A stretch of DNA of 62,924 nucleotides, filler included, from Bigelowiella natans CCMP2755 (taxonomy: Eukaryota > Protista > Cercozoa): NCBI GenBank assembly GCA_000320545.1. It is 5 parts of 5 records of this genome, joined end to end, with 100 filler letters (N's around TTAATTAATTAA, not from the genome) between each part and the next. Parts side by side here need not be neighbours in the genome. Positions count along the whole stretch, not along the records: positions 11,838 to 26,503 come from ADNK01001996.1; 4 more parts are not named here. One strand, written 5' to 3'. The notes under the pieces were generated by a model. It did no database searches. It saw only the letters and a program-made list of their open reading frames with translations, and was not told the origin of the DNA. Of this stretch, positions 12,533 through 24,839 are shown in pieces. How positions within the stretch are numbered: position 1 is the stretch's first letter; each line of letters starts with the position of its first letter. The position numbers were made by a program, and so were the translations under genes.

Positions 12533-15500
12533 TCGTATTATCGGCAACTGTTTTTCTGCCCACTCCTCCCTCTTCTTCTTCTTCTTCTTCTTCTTCTTCT
12601 TCTTCTGCTACTACTACTAGTACTACTACTACTACTACTCCCTAACTGGAGACTGGAGAATTGTGACTACCCACCTATTTTTCCCAATAAAAGCAAATGC
12701 TGAGTGCTGGGAGATCGTGAAGGCGTTGGCGTTGCAGCCTTTCTTATCACGGATCCTGGACTTTTTTACAGCTTCGGGCTGAGATCCGAGAGGATTTCCG
12801 CAACTTATGCACTGGATACAGAAAACAGGGATACAAGAAGAGGGGGAGGAGGAGGAGGAGGAGGGAGAAGCGAAGGAAGATGCGTGGACAATAAAGATCT
12901 GTGCTCCAGAGGAGGATGATGATGATGACGATGATGGATGACAACGATTATTACACAGCGAAAGCAAAGCCCAGAATTGTATATCCTGACTATAGCGCAG
13001 GGCCACCATCACCACACCATGAGCACCATTCATCCTCAGGAGAAAGCGCGGCTATTCTCCTTCTCTTAGACAAAAAACCAAACCTGGCAAGCTTCCGTGC
13101 AAGGAACCCCCGCCGCATTGCAGTCGCAGTGGCCTGTCATGCAGCGCGACTTCGTGCAGCTGCAGCGGGAGCCGGGCTGCGCCATCCTCTTCCGTGGTTT
13201 CGCCGTCGGCTTCTGAACGTTCTTGCAGTTCGTGCAGCTGCAGTTGAGGCACCCCGTGCCGGAAGCGAAGCAGTCGCAGTAGGAATTCTGGCAGTGGCTC
13301 TTCACACACCGGCAGTTGCGCAAGGCGACGCGGCCATGGTGGTGGGACCAATGGGCGCGGCGGAATGAGATCTTTTGTACCGAGCGAATGCCCGATTTAT
13401 CGCGTGCGAGGGCGTAGAAGGCTCTTTGGTCGACCTGCTCCCTGTTCTTCTGCTCCACGTCCTTGTCACTAGCGGCGAACCGACCCCCCACCCGTCGTCG
13501 ACGCATGGCCGCTAGAGACTTCTTCAGATAACGGGGGTTCTTTAGTGAAATGGAGGGGGAGGACGAGAAGGAGGAGGAGGAGTTGGCGACGACAGCAGAG
13601 TCGGGATTACTTGCGACGGGCTCCCTTTCAGTAGTAGCAGCAGCAGCACCGGTCTCAGTGGGCAGCTCGCTCTTATTTTCCGTGATGGTGGTGGTGCTCA
13701 TCGTCCCAGGTTGCGGCGGCTTTGTGGACGACCTCACCATTCTCCTGATCCCGTTTCTACCTCCGAGCCCTTGGTTGCCAACGCCGCCGGCGTCCGTGCC
13801 CGTTCCCTGCGCATACAGCATTATGACGATAACATGGCGACGACGACGACGACGAGATGACTACATTTACAAATACTGCTACTATCACTACCACTACCAC
13901 TTCTACTGCAAACCTGTAATATGTGGTCACCCACCCACACCAGCGCCAAGGTGCTGTTTTTGCCCCCCCCCATCCTATAAGTGTCAGCATAGATGATGTC
14001 GACGAGCTCTAGGGCCTGGCATTGGTAGTATATGGAAAAGGGTTCTTTCGCGTGATGCAGGGGTGGTGGTGATGATGGTGATAATTATGGTGATAATGAT
14101 GATAATGATAATGATGATGATGATATGTGGTAGTGTGAGCGTTGGGAGAAGCGCGGAATCTTAGCTTCCGTTGAGTAGAATTAGTTGCAAAGGAGAAATG
14201 CTGGAGGCAGAGAACACAGCGAACAATGACATCGAAACTCATGCAGATATGGCGATAATGATGATAATAATGATGATGATGATGATGGTAGTGATGGTGA
14301 TGACTGTTTTCATTAATGACGTAGCATGGGTCTTATTTTTGTATTTTTGTGAGGAGGATGGAGAACCTGTAAGACATCGATAGCGTCCTGAATCATGTAC
14401 AGATTTGGCTCTTGCTTCGATGCGCTATCCGCCCGCCCCCACAGGAGATTCAAAATATAGCCGAATGGCACCGTTTTTATGCCCTCCTTCACAAAGAAAT
14501 TAAGGATTCTCTTCGCTACGCTGCCGGCGGTCGTCGGAGCACCAATTTCATCATCGGCGCCGCCATTACTCAGCTCGCTATTGACAACAATACCAGATAG
14601 TGCTTGTTGACCCTCTCTCCTGCTGTCCTTCGCCCCCTTCCTGGACTCCCTCGACTCTGTTTGGGTGACCCTCCGTAACATGCACTGCAGGCCTTGGAGA
14701 CCTGAAGGAGGTGAGTGTGCAGATTTTATATTTCCTATCGCAATTATTAAGGGGGGGGGGGGGGGGGGGTCCTCACAAATAGGGTTATATACTGTTAAAC
14801 AAGCAGACAGGCAACAAACGGGGGGGCGGGCAGGTCGAGTAGTAGCAACCAACCACCAGCCGCCACTACTCACGCCTCCACGCACTACTCAGCAGCAGCC
14901 CGTTACTGACCCTGCCAGTCGAAGACGTGTTGTCCAATCCGCGAGACGATGCCGAGATTGTTTAGGATTTCCATCATATCCATCAGCCGACTGAAGTTCT
15001 CTCGCAACACCGAGGCCACCTTCTCGATGATGAGCCGGTTTGACGGGTTATATTGTGCGTACCACGTCAGAAATCGCTCGCAAACGGGCCTCAAACGATC
15101 GTCTGGGATTGGTGCATACTTACCGTAGTGGTAGTGCTGCTGCAGCAGCTGTTGTTGTTGTTGTCGCTGTTGTTGTCGTTGTTGCTGCGGCTGGTGAACG
15201 GCGTCACTGGCAACCGTAGTAGTACCAAGGAGTACTGGGCTCATGCCTTTCACCACAACAGGCTCTGCTGCGGTAGGGGGAAGAGAAGGAAGAGAAGGAG
15301 CACTCATGACAGCACCAGCACCTCCCACCATCACACGCTGGTGGTGATGAAACGGCGTCTGTGCAGCGAGATCACCTCCCCTTCGGTTAAGTGCGGCTGC
15401 AACTTGTGCTATATTGTGCATGTCGTAAGGGTCTTCACGCATGCCCTCTCTTCCCCTTTGCATCCTCTCTCTATTGAAGTCCTGGGTGGCATCAGCAGTG

Positions 15501-15875
15501 ATATTCCTTCGCTGCTGCTCGGGATAATAGTATTGGGGATATACCGAGGCGGCTGGTATTTGCAGCTGTGGGTGGAGTTGCTGCTGCTGCTCCTGCTGCA
15601 TAAATGCTTGACGAGAATGACCGTATGGAACTCTCGAAGCATTATATTCGGTATGGGATGAAGTAGGGTGCGTCATCTGCAGAGCTCCGCTAGAGAAAGA
15701 CGTGCGCATATCCACATCCCCATCTGATGTCGAAGTGTGTAATATTGAATTTATGAGGTTTGCATGCACAAATAAATATACGGGTGTGGGTATACACATA
15801 TTTGGAGTAATGGCTAAGCACGAATATTATCATATTACCATATCCATACATAAGTGTTAAATACATTGATAGTAC

Positions 15876-15961
<86 letters not shown>

Positions 15962-17003
15962 CTATATAAAACAAAAATGTAAAAATGTGCTGGGAAAACT
16001 AAAAACGCTGTTCTCGGGGTGATGCATCGCTTACGGGCTTGAGACTGCATGCCTACGCTTATGCCTGATCTTGCATCGCCATAGTTTCCACCATTCCAAT
16101 ACTGATTTAAGACAGTGTGGGATAACATACATCAATATAGCCTTTGGTTTTCCTCTCATCATCTTATGCGTTCTGTTTACTCACCTTAACACCGTCTTGG
16201 TTCCGCTTCCTATCGTCTCGAACGGATCTTATTCCTCTCTCTTGATCTAGCTGCCGCTGCATCATCATCATAGATTCTTCCGCAGTCATCATTTGATTCC
16301 TCGCACCTATCATTTGGTGTGGGTGCATTCTTCCCGGAAGAGCTCCGGACAGCCCTATCTCACCTAGGAAACAACATATGTTTAATGGCTGATTTCGTGC
16401 AATTATACTTCATCGAAAGATAATCATTTCTGCTTACTGTGCTCTCAATTCGGCCAGATAGATTGTTGAGAGTGTGGTGATGGTAACACTCTTCTCTCAT
16501 TTACGCACACACACACACACACATCCAGCTATAAATATTGGAGAGAAAAACAGGTGGGGGGAGGGGAGGGGGGGATAAAGAAGGGAAAATATACGGAGAG
16601 GGGATATAGAAAGTGGTAAGACTTCTTACCAACGCCGTTGAATTGGGCCATAGTGCGTGATTGAGCGGGTTGAAGAAACGGCAGTTGGAATTGAAGGTTC
16701 TCTACTTGCCTGTCTGTTCTGTCTATCCACTGTGTCTCCCGCGGCGGATCCACTGGATGACGCCGCATCTGTAATTCCATGTCAACATCTCGACCCTGAT
16801 GATATACGCGTACCAAATGGTGAAATGCACGAAAAATGTTTTGAATGTTGTGGAATTGTCAATAACATGCACATTTATGAATGATGCAACGGAACCTCCT
16901 GATAATAAATTTGGGATACTTGGCCTTTATTGAAGTCAATCCCGTAGTTCGGGGGCGCTTCCGTCATTGGACGGTTGCGCAATGCCTCGCCATAAGAATC
17001 CAT
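12102..17003 (-). CDS. Divergent atypical E2F (two degenerate winged-helix domains) fused to two CXC (tesmin/TSO1/LIN54-type) domains
   Basis: In-frame GT-AG exon chain: ...~15690-14911, 14701-14367, 14015-13914, 13806-13084, 12811-12675, 12366-12102. WH1: LRPVCERFLTWY...RLMDMMEILNNLGIVSRIGQHVFDWQGLQGL. WH2: GSVAKRILNFFVKEG...MIQDAIDVLQALELVDII...LVWVG. CXC1: CRCVKSHCQNSYCDCFASGTGCLNCSCTNCKN. CXC2: CSCTKSRCMTGHCDCNAAGVPCTEACQCISCGN. Putative start MDSYGEALRN at 17003. The 5' exons and 3' end are less certain. Confidence 0.8.
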
Positions 17004-17364
17004 TCAAAGCTTGTACGGAATTCCCTGAATAGCGCGCATTGATTTATGAAGGGAAGCTAGAGCTATTGGCAAGGTTTATGAATTCATGGATCTTCCATGT
17101 AGTCCGTATTCCATGCAGTGCGACAAATTTCGCCAGCCCCCACACATTAAGACAGGACAGCAACTTTGCTCCGATTAATCAGGTTGCGACAATAAGAATG
17201 TCGAGTATTTTCACAATTTTCTCTCAAAAGGGACTTGGTTTCTGCCTCAGTGGAACTTCAAAAACTTGATATATTCTTACGAAAGTGGCCATTCACGGGG
17301 TTCGAAACTTCCACCCCGATCCTTAAATCTACAGGTAGGTGAAATGTCTCGCCGAAACATCGGC

Positions 17365-17496
17365 TGTACGGTTGAAAAGTGGGGTTAAATAAGGCAATAT
17401 CTCACATGTACGGTTGAAAAGTGGGGTTAAATAAGGCAATATCTCACATGTACGGTTGAAAAGTGGGGTTAAATATGAGGCAATAATGTCTCACAT
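17365..17496 (+). repeat. 42-bp tandem repeat, ~3 copies
   Basis: TGTACGGTTGAAAAGTGGGGTTAAATAAGGCAATATCTCACA at 17365 and 17407, with a variant copy at 17449. Confidence 0.95.
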
Positions 17497-17519
17497 AGAC
17501 TAATAACAAATTGAAATGT

Positions 17520-19330
17520 TGGAACTTCCGTGCAAATTGACGGCTGGTTTTGGCCATCCATTCCTTTTTTACGCCTGATTCAAACCCCTGCGACAACCTG
17601 CAACACAGATTTCCGCTTTCTATGTCCCTAGGTGGAATCGCAAAAATGCATTGTTTTTGTTCCAACTTTGAGCATGAAATGGTTGTCGCAAGGGGAAAGT
17701 CGAATGGCAATCTGTCCTGCCAATTTTTCCTTTTCCTGGTCTTGATCAAGGAGACGGCCCACGACCCTTTCAACCGCTCCAATGGAAGCAATTCTTTCTT
17801 TCTCATTTTCTTTCTTTTTTTCTCCAAGTCACGCAATGAAACAGTCACAATGAACGAGTGAGTCGCATGCCAGAGTGGAGTGACCACAACGGGGCGGTTG
17901 AAAAAACAAACGACCCAGTGGGAAACAGTGATGCATCGTGCTGAACTGATGACGATTCACGGGGAGAATGGAAAGACTAAGAAAGAAGGAAGGCTCACAT
18001 TGGAGCAGTTGAAAGGATGATGAACGAAGGAAAGAAGGAAAGAAAGAAGTGCGAGTGACAGGATGCGCTGACTCAACCGTGTCAACCCTCGTTTGTTGGT
18101 TCACTGGGCAGACAGCACTTGTTCACCCGTTTGCGGTGGCCAAACTTTGTTGATTGACGGAGGAGTGTGTGGGCTGAGTCAGCACTCATGAGGATTTTTC
18201 AACTGTCTCGCCGTTGAAATCACTTTGTCACTTGCTCGTTCATTCCAGCATTGATCGTTGCTTCACACACAACGATCCTTCCAACTGCACTGTCGATGTC
18301 ACTTCGTTCGTTCGTCGTCAGTTCATGCACCGCTAGACCGTTCGTGGTGTGGATGATTTGGCACTTCCATGATCCACAAGTGTCCTTCACTGTGACTGCC
18401 GTGCTTTGGATCGAATCTTCACTCGTTCATCACTCACGCACCACCCACTTCCAGACTTGGCTCTGGGGCTAGTTGTCCATCAGACTTGAGCACAGGAGCG
18501 GGAGAGAGAGAAGTGGGGTGGTGGGTCGATTTGGGAACTCACCCTTCACCTTTCTTGGTGTGCGATGCACAAGCACCACCTAGCCATGTGGACATGGTGA
18601 GCTGAGGAACTGAAGCGCACAGTCTAGCAGTGTGTGAACGTGTGATTGCAGTCCGCTGTCCTGCACAAGCCCTGGCTAGCTGGATCACAGACATGCAATG
18701 TCATGCATGCAATGTGCATGTGCTGTCACTGTGTCCATCATCTGGCCCGCGCCTGCCAGCCTGCTGACACAGCTAGCTAGCTAGACAGTTCTGACCCATG
18801 ATTGAACCACTGGAGTTGATGTGTTGGTAGCGATGCAAGTGATCGATGGTTTGCCATCTTGGGGCGCGACAACGGCAGACACAGCACGTGGCTGTGTGGT
18901 TGTCATTGTGCTGTGTGGCTCCGACGCACGCCCAGCTTGCTGGCTTTTTTTCGCACTCAGCGGAACACGCCAGTGAAGAGAGCCAAGCCAGCAGGCCGGG
19001 CTTCTGTGGTGCGTCAAGACACATGTGTGTGCACAATGGACACAGCAACGCCCAACAATCAGCGCATGTCACACAGCATGCGTGCATGGCATGGACGTAG
19101 CACTGCATGCACTTACTAGCTTGTGATGTTTTCAGGGCTACTGCGCTCACCATCATCGTGAACAACAAATTGCACCATGGTGCTGCTACACTCAGACACT
19201 GCACAATGCTGCGCTGTTTAGTCGCGCTGCACCGTGTCAACTGCAAGCTGTGTTTTTGTCCTTGAGCCCAAAGCGCTTGGCACATGTCTAGATTTGCGTG
19301 GCACCGAGCGATGTCTTCGTTTGCCATGAT
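17520..19330. other. TpA-depleted, CTAG-retaining intergenic patch D
   Basis: In 17641-19090 I count 10 TA: 8 CTAG, 1 CTAA, 1 GTAG. CpG and AA runs are retained. Confidence 0.9.
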
Positions 19331-19661
19331 GCTCTGTAACATGAACGTTCGCGGCAACTGCTCACGTGCACAGGCTGTGCAATTTGTGTAAGTAAGAAGT
19401 ATCTACTTGTCTTGTGCATGCAAAAACAATGCAGAGCCTGCACGTTTACTGCACGGACTGTAGGATGGGAAACAAATCTGCCCATAGCGTACTACAATGC
19501 TATCTACCTATCAAGAAGAATCGAATCCCGGATTTTGATGGTGAATGCCGCACTTCGCCTCGCTGGCGGATAAGCGCTTGAGACAGCTGTAGGTAGTCGT
19601 TGAGAGCCATTTTACATTGAAAGAGAACGAAAATGTCAAAGAAGATAAACACGGAATATTA

Positions 19662-19770
<109 letters not shown>

Positions 19771-20172
19771 ACACATATGCATTATTGTACGTAAATTCCT
19801 TAATTGACGAAAATTTTCCACAGACGACTTGTTCATTGAACAATGCTAGAGTGCTTCTCTTAGTTGGGAATTGCACTTTCATGGGCGAGGAAAGTTGAAA
19901 ATATCTCTCTGCACCAAAGAATGCTTCCAGTTTTGGTATGTAGCATCTTCTATTTGGTTCTATTTTAGTTTTTTTCTCACAGGTATGGCAAAGCTGCTCG
20001 AAAGATCACATATGTATGATTACACACATAATAACACAAAAGCACACGCGAACACAAAATGTATATGCATGTGTGTAATATATATATATATATATATATT
20101 AATATATTTCTTTGTACATATTTACATATCTTGTCATCAAGCCAGGATGCATATCATATTCATCACGGGATT

Positions 20173-20203
<31 letters not shown>

Positions 20204-20616
20204 GTTAGTATTATCTCAAAATAATGTAGTCCAGTAATCTATTGATGACGATGATGGATACTCGGTATGTGTATGTACCACTACACATGTCTTGTTGGGG
20301 GTAAGAAAAAGGAGAAAAAAAATGTTGGCGGTTAAAAGAAAAACAGAGACTTTCGTCCCGCTATTCACATGTCTGTCTACTTATCATCTACTTTACCAAC
20401 GGGTAAATTCGCATAGAATCCATGCAACTTTCATGGGCTGTACATCTTGCAAAATTGAAATAGGGTACACACTGTGAGGTATTAGGCTCGGTACTCTCTC
20501 CTCAGTGTCAGAAGGTACGAGACAGTGGAAGGATTATAGATGATTGACGCAGTGTCAGAATCCGCCCCTTCCTGCCTCTCTCCCCCTCCTGTTGCTCCAG
20601 GACTCTAGTTTCTGAG

Positions 20617-20838
20617 TCAGGAGACTAGCTCCCTGGAATCAGTCTCTTTCCAAAAGGAATCGATATTTTCGATGCTACTCATTATATTGTCCGTGTCGGT
20701 GCTCTCTGGTTTACCGCCTCCCAGCTCAAAGCACCCCTTCAGCCCCTCAAGATCCGACACAAATGCACAATCCTGACAGAGAGATATTTTAAGGACGGGG
20801 GCTGTAACAGATGACCATCCAGGATCAGACCATTGTCT

Positions 20839-20915
<77 letters not shown>

Positions 20916-22585
20916 GAGCTTGTGTGTATGTGAGGGCGGCAGGAGGGTGTGAGGTGGGGGGGAAGGGGGAGGTATCGTTCTCGACGTATATTACCTGTAG
21001 AGTCTGACTGCCAAGTGCAGGAGAGAGCGTTTGCATCGACTGGGAGAACGATGGGAGAAACAATGCCTCGTTTTTCTTAATAACGCCGCTTTTGTTATTC
21101 TGTGTGAGAAATCGGTTCCACGCAGGAAATTCGTCGTCAAAGGAGGACAGTCGCTGCTGCTGGTGCCGACGGGCACGTTTGGGGTGATTCATCACCAGCT
21201 CGTCTGAGTCGCACTCCTCCTCGTCGTCCTTGCTATTTCCGCTTGCTGGGGTGATGCCTTTGTAGATATCGAGATTCCAGCACTCAGGACTAAATTCGTC
21301 GCTGAGGACATTGCGAACTGCCTCTTCTGACGCATCTCGCTTCATCTTTCTCTCATAGTATGAGGCACTAACGTCACCAGCTGAGGTGTTGGCAGCTTCG
21401 AAGATAGTGGTGGTGGTAGTAAGTCCATGGTCCAGTGTGTAATAAGAAGAGAGAACTGACACCTGCGACCTGGATGAGAGCACACCTGCCGACGCTCCAA
21501 GATGCTTTCTACCCGACCTTCTAGATACTATGCGATTCTCAAAAGAATAAGAGGAGGATTCGCTGGCAGTAGCGGTGTTTGTCGTCATATCATCATCGTC
21601 GGAAGTGCCCTTGTCTTTGCTGCTGCTGCAATCTGCCTGATGCCCGTCATCGTTATCGACCTTGAAAGCGAATTTCGTCGCTGATGGGTCTTTGGTCATG
21701 TTGCTTGAGACTTTCATCGCTCGTGAGCGTGTGGACTTCCCCTCTCGCGAAGGGGAAGAAGCTACAACAGGCTGTACCCGCTGCTTCTTGTTCACATTCT
21801 GGATGCCCGACCGCGAAGCTGTGGCCGTAGTTGGCTTGGCGCTCCTCCGCCTCCCGCCGGCAGCTGAACTTGCAGTTGCTGCTGAAGCAGACGCAGACGT
21901 ATTTGTAGTAGTATTTCGACGCCGACCACGTCGAGGGCGTGTAATCTGACTTGGTGCTAGTCCTGCTTCGGCAAGGCGCTGAATCTTTATGCGGAACTCC
22001 TTGTATTCCTTCTGGTAGCGGTGGCGGTCCTGATGGGCTTTTTCCTCGAAGGGTTGTCGCTCCTCCTCCGTAAGATCTTTCCACTTTTGACCAACGATTC
22101 GAGACACCAACTCATTGTGGGCAGCTCGCTTGCCCTTGGGCACGTCCTGATCAAAGAGCGTTGACTGGAGGTGCATCTGGAAGAAGTTGAAAGCAGTCTT
22201 GAACCTGAACAAAATACTATTTATCATCGAGCATCTTCATTAATCATCAGCATGTATCTTTCTCCCTCGGATAAAGATAAATCAGATTCTAAACTGAATG
22301 TATTCATGGGCTTTTACCGCTTGGGCTTCTTGAGCTTCTTACGGCGACCTCGCTTTCTTTTCTTGGGGGGCGTAACGGGCGCTGCGGCAAATTCTGAATG
22401 TAATATATGATAACTATCAGTTACCTTGCTCCTCCTATGTGCTAAATTCCAACCAGAGAAAAAAAATAAAGTTACAGGAATGGATATAAAATGCGAAAAT
22501 CGTCACCTGCATCCTTAGTCTCCGATGGCTGCGTTATGTTCAAGGTAGGCGTTGGAGCTTCAGGATTTTTCACAATGAGTGGCAT
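20617..22585 (-). CDS. HMG-box DNA-binding protein
   Basis: Spliced KKRKRGRRKKLKKPKR|FKTAFNFFQMHL...HNELVSRIVGQKWKDLTEEERQPFEEKAHQDRHRYQKE is a canonical HMG box, followed by a long low-complexity tail. Start MPLIVKNPEAP at 22585. Probable intron ~20770-20995. Confidence 0.9.
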
Positions 22586-24038
22586 TGTTTATTGGAAATG
22601 TATGATCTAATGATCAATCTGGCTTGCTGTGATTCTTGATGGAGATCGAGCTATTAACTCCTGTCCATGCAAAACGGTCCCGTAACTTCGCGCTTTCTCC
22701 CGACTTTAACTATTCTTTTCCTCTGCCCCGCAAAATGGAGAGCCAGACAAGACCAAAAGGTGGGTATGTACAACAGGTCTGATGGATGGTAGCACGGTGC
22801 AGTGTAGGTGCCCAGGAGGGGGAATGGCCAACCAAGAAACCTCGTCGTGTGAGTCGACACTTGCGGAGGCAGAAGAGAAAGCGTAGAAGTACGCGTAAGG
22901 GCACCAGCGAACGGTGGTAAAAATGGCATCCGTTTATGCCATATCGCTGGGGCTCGTCCGGAATCCCCGGACCGGCGAAATAGCAATCCCGTCCGATTAA
23001 TCTTGCCGATCCAAGAATCTGTATGCCGCATAGGATAATTGCATGGGATTTATTCCCAAAAAGGTGTTTCCACTAATTCTTCCAAGAGCGAATCCGCCAG
23101 TGCAGCAATCGGAACTTATTCCGCCCAGATAAAGAGAAGAAGTGAAGGAAAGACCGAAACGTAAGCTTTTCTGGACGTGCGTCTTCCTGTCTATCGGTTA
23201 GCTAATGAACAGCAATACTTTATTAACTTGGACACGTGTCCCTCTTCCGGCACCTTTGCTCACGTTTTCCAGGAGTTCAGTCGTTTATTACAGCTGCGTC
23301 ACAAAATATTCTAAGTCGCTAATAAACTTTCTACGGATGCATTGCAACCTGAGACAAAATTACCAAAAATGAGAAAAGGCTGTTCGGGCCGTTCACATAG
23401 ATACCGTACTTTGGTGCTTCAACTTTACACCCACGAGTAATATTCTCTCCTAGTTTGTCCAAGATGGAAACACCTAAATACCAGATCGGGAGAGTTTATC
23501 GAACGCCAGATTATTCTCGCCTTTTCAAAGAGTTTTGGAATGTTTTTGAGTAGATCTAGGAATTACCTTTTTAGGTTTTTCGCAAAAGAGATTCTTTTAT
23601 TTGCATTTTGAACATTAGGATTCTCCTTTTTCTTCTTGTTCACTCGTAAGGTGCCTCGTACAAAAGAGATGAAGGACCGAGTATTACCGCTGGAACCCTG
23701 AAATCCTGATACGAAAATAGCCTCGATTCTTCTTCTGAGACTCCGAATTCTTTGTCGCAATTTACATTTCCATAGTTGGTCTGCGCTCTAGCTCTGCTGG
23801 ACGCAAAAAATGGTTGCGACTTCAGTCTGATGATGAATATGGTCTGAATACAGTCCAATTTCCTAGGATTTCATCTCTCTTGCACTCAGAACCCAATTCT
23901 GTCCTCTTCTGCAGATGTGCAGCCCCGCCCCCTTCCTGGCTTAACAGCTGCACCCAGAATTACCTCTCAAGGTAGATAGATTCAAGAGTTGGTAAATGAT
24001 ATTTTCGCAAGGGGTAAAAAAAAGAGAAGGCGAGATCT

Positions 24039-24770
24039 ATGGCTCCTATTGTTTCGGGCCCACTAAGAAACATGGATGTGTGTTTCATTTACTGCTTCTC
24101 CCGACTAAAATTCCCTTTAACATCGAACTGTAGGAAGAAATTGGAATCGGAAGTCCCTCTTTGGTCTCCAGAGTCGATGAGAGTGGCCTCTGAGCCACCG
24201 CTCTCACGGAATCGTCGACCTTACGTGAGGGGTTTATTGAACCGACGGTGCATGCACGCTCTCGCTTTCGTCGCAACATTGGCCTCAACTTTCCCCCTGC
24301 AAGTAAAGGCCAACTTCTACGAACAGCCCTCAAACATCACGGTGCTAACGACTGCGACCTTCAACGCGACGCTGTCCAGGGGGGATGACGTCGCGTGGTT
24401 TGTCGAGTTTTACGCCGACTGGTGCCACACATGCAACGCCCTCCGCCCGACTTGGATTACCATTGCTGACACGATTGCGAGCCCTCAGAATAGCCACTTG
24501 CAAGACTGCGTGAAGCTGGCAGCTGTATCGTGTGAAGACCACCCGGAAGTCTGTCGCTCGCAAAAGATACCGGCGTACCCCGAGCTTACATACTATCCTC
24601 CTGGTCGCAGTAAGGGCCACGGCGGCGGTGCTTCCAGGGTAAGCTACCATGGTGTTCTTTACCCTTTGGCCGTCGCAGAATGGGTGCAACTGCTCACCGG
24701 TCCGATCAAGGGGCTGGACCAGGCGTTCAGCCTCCAGAGGTAGTAATCTACATGTGTGCTAAAAATGCAT

Positions 24771-24839
<69 letters not shown>

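Noticed and set aside
14009-14242. His-rich ORF inside the E2F-CXC locus
   Set aside because: Falls in the intron between exons 14701-14367 and 14015-13914 and derives from (CAT)n repeats.
8975-19330. CpG methylation decay or classical RIP as the cause of CA/TG-rich patches
   Set aside because: CpG remains common in the patches and no CG allele appears in the tandem array. RIP would raise TpA, not remove it. Not fully excluded without outgroup polarisation.
23260-24000. Possible small minus-strand gene between the HMG and QSOX genes
   Set aside because: Some exon-like blocks, but I could not build a consistent spliced frame or find a domain.
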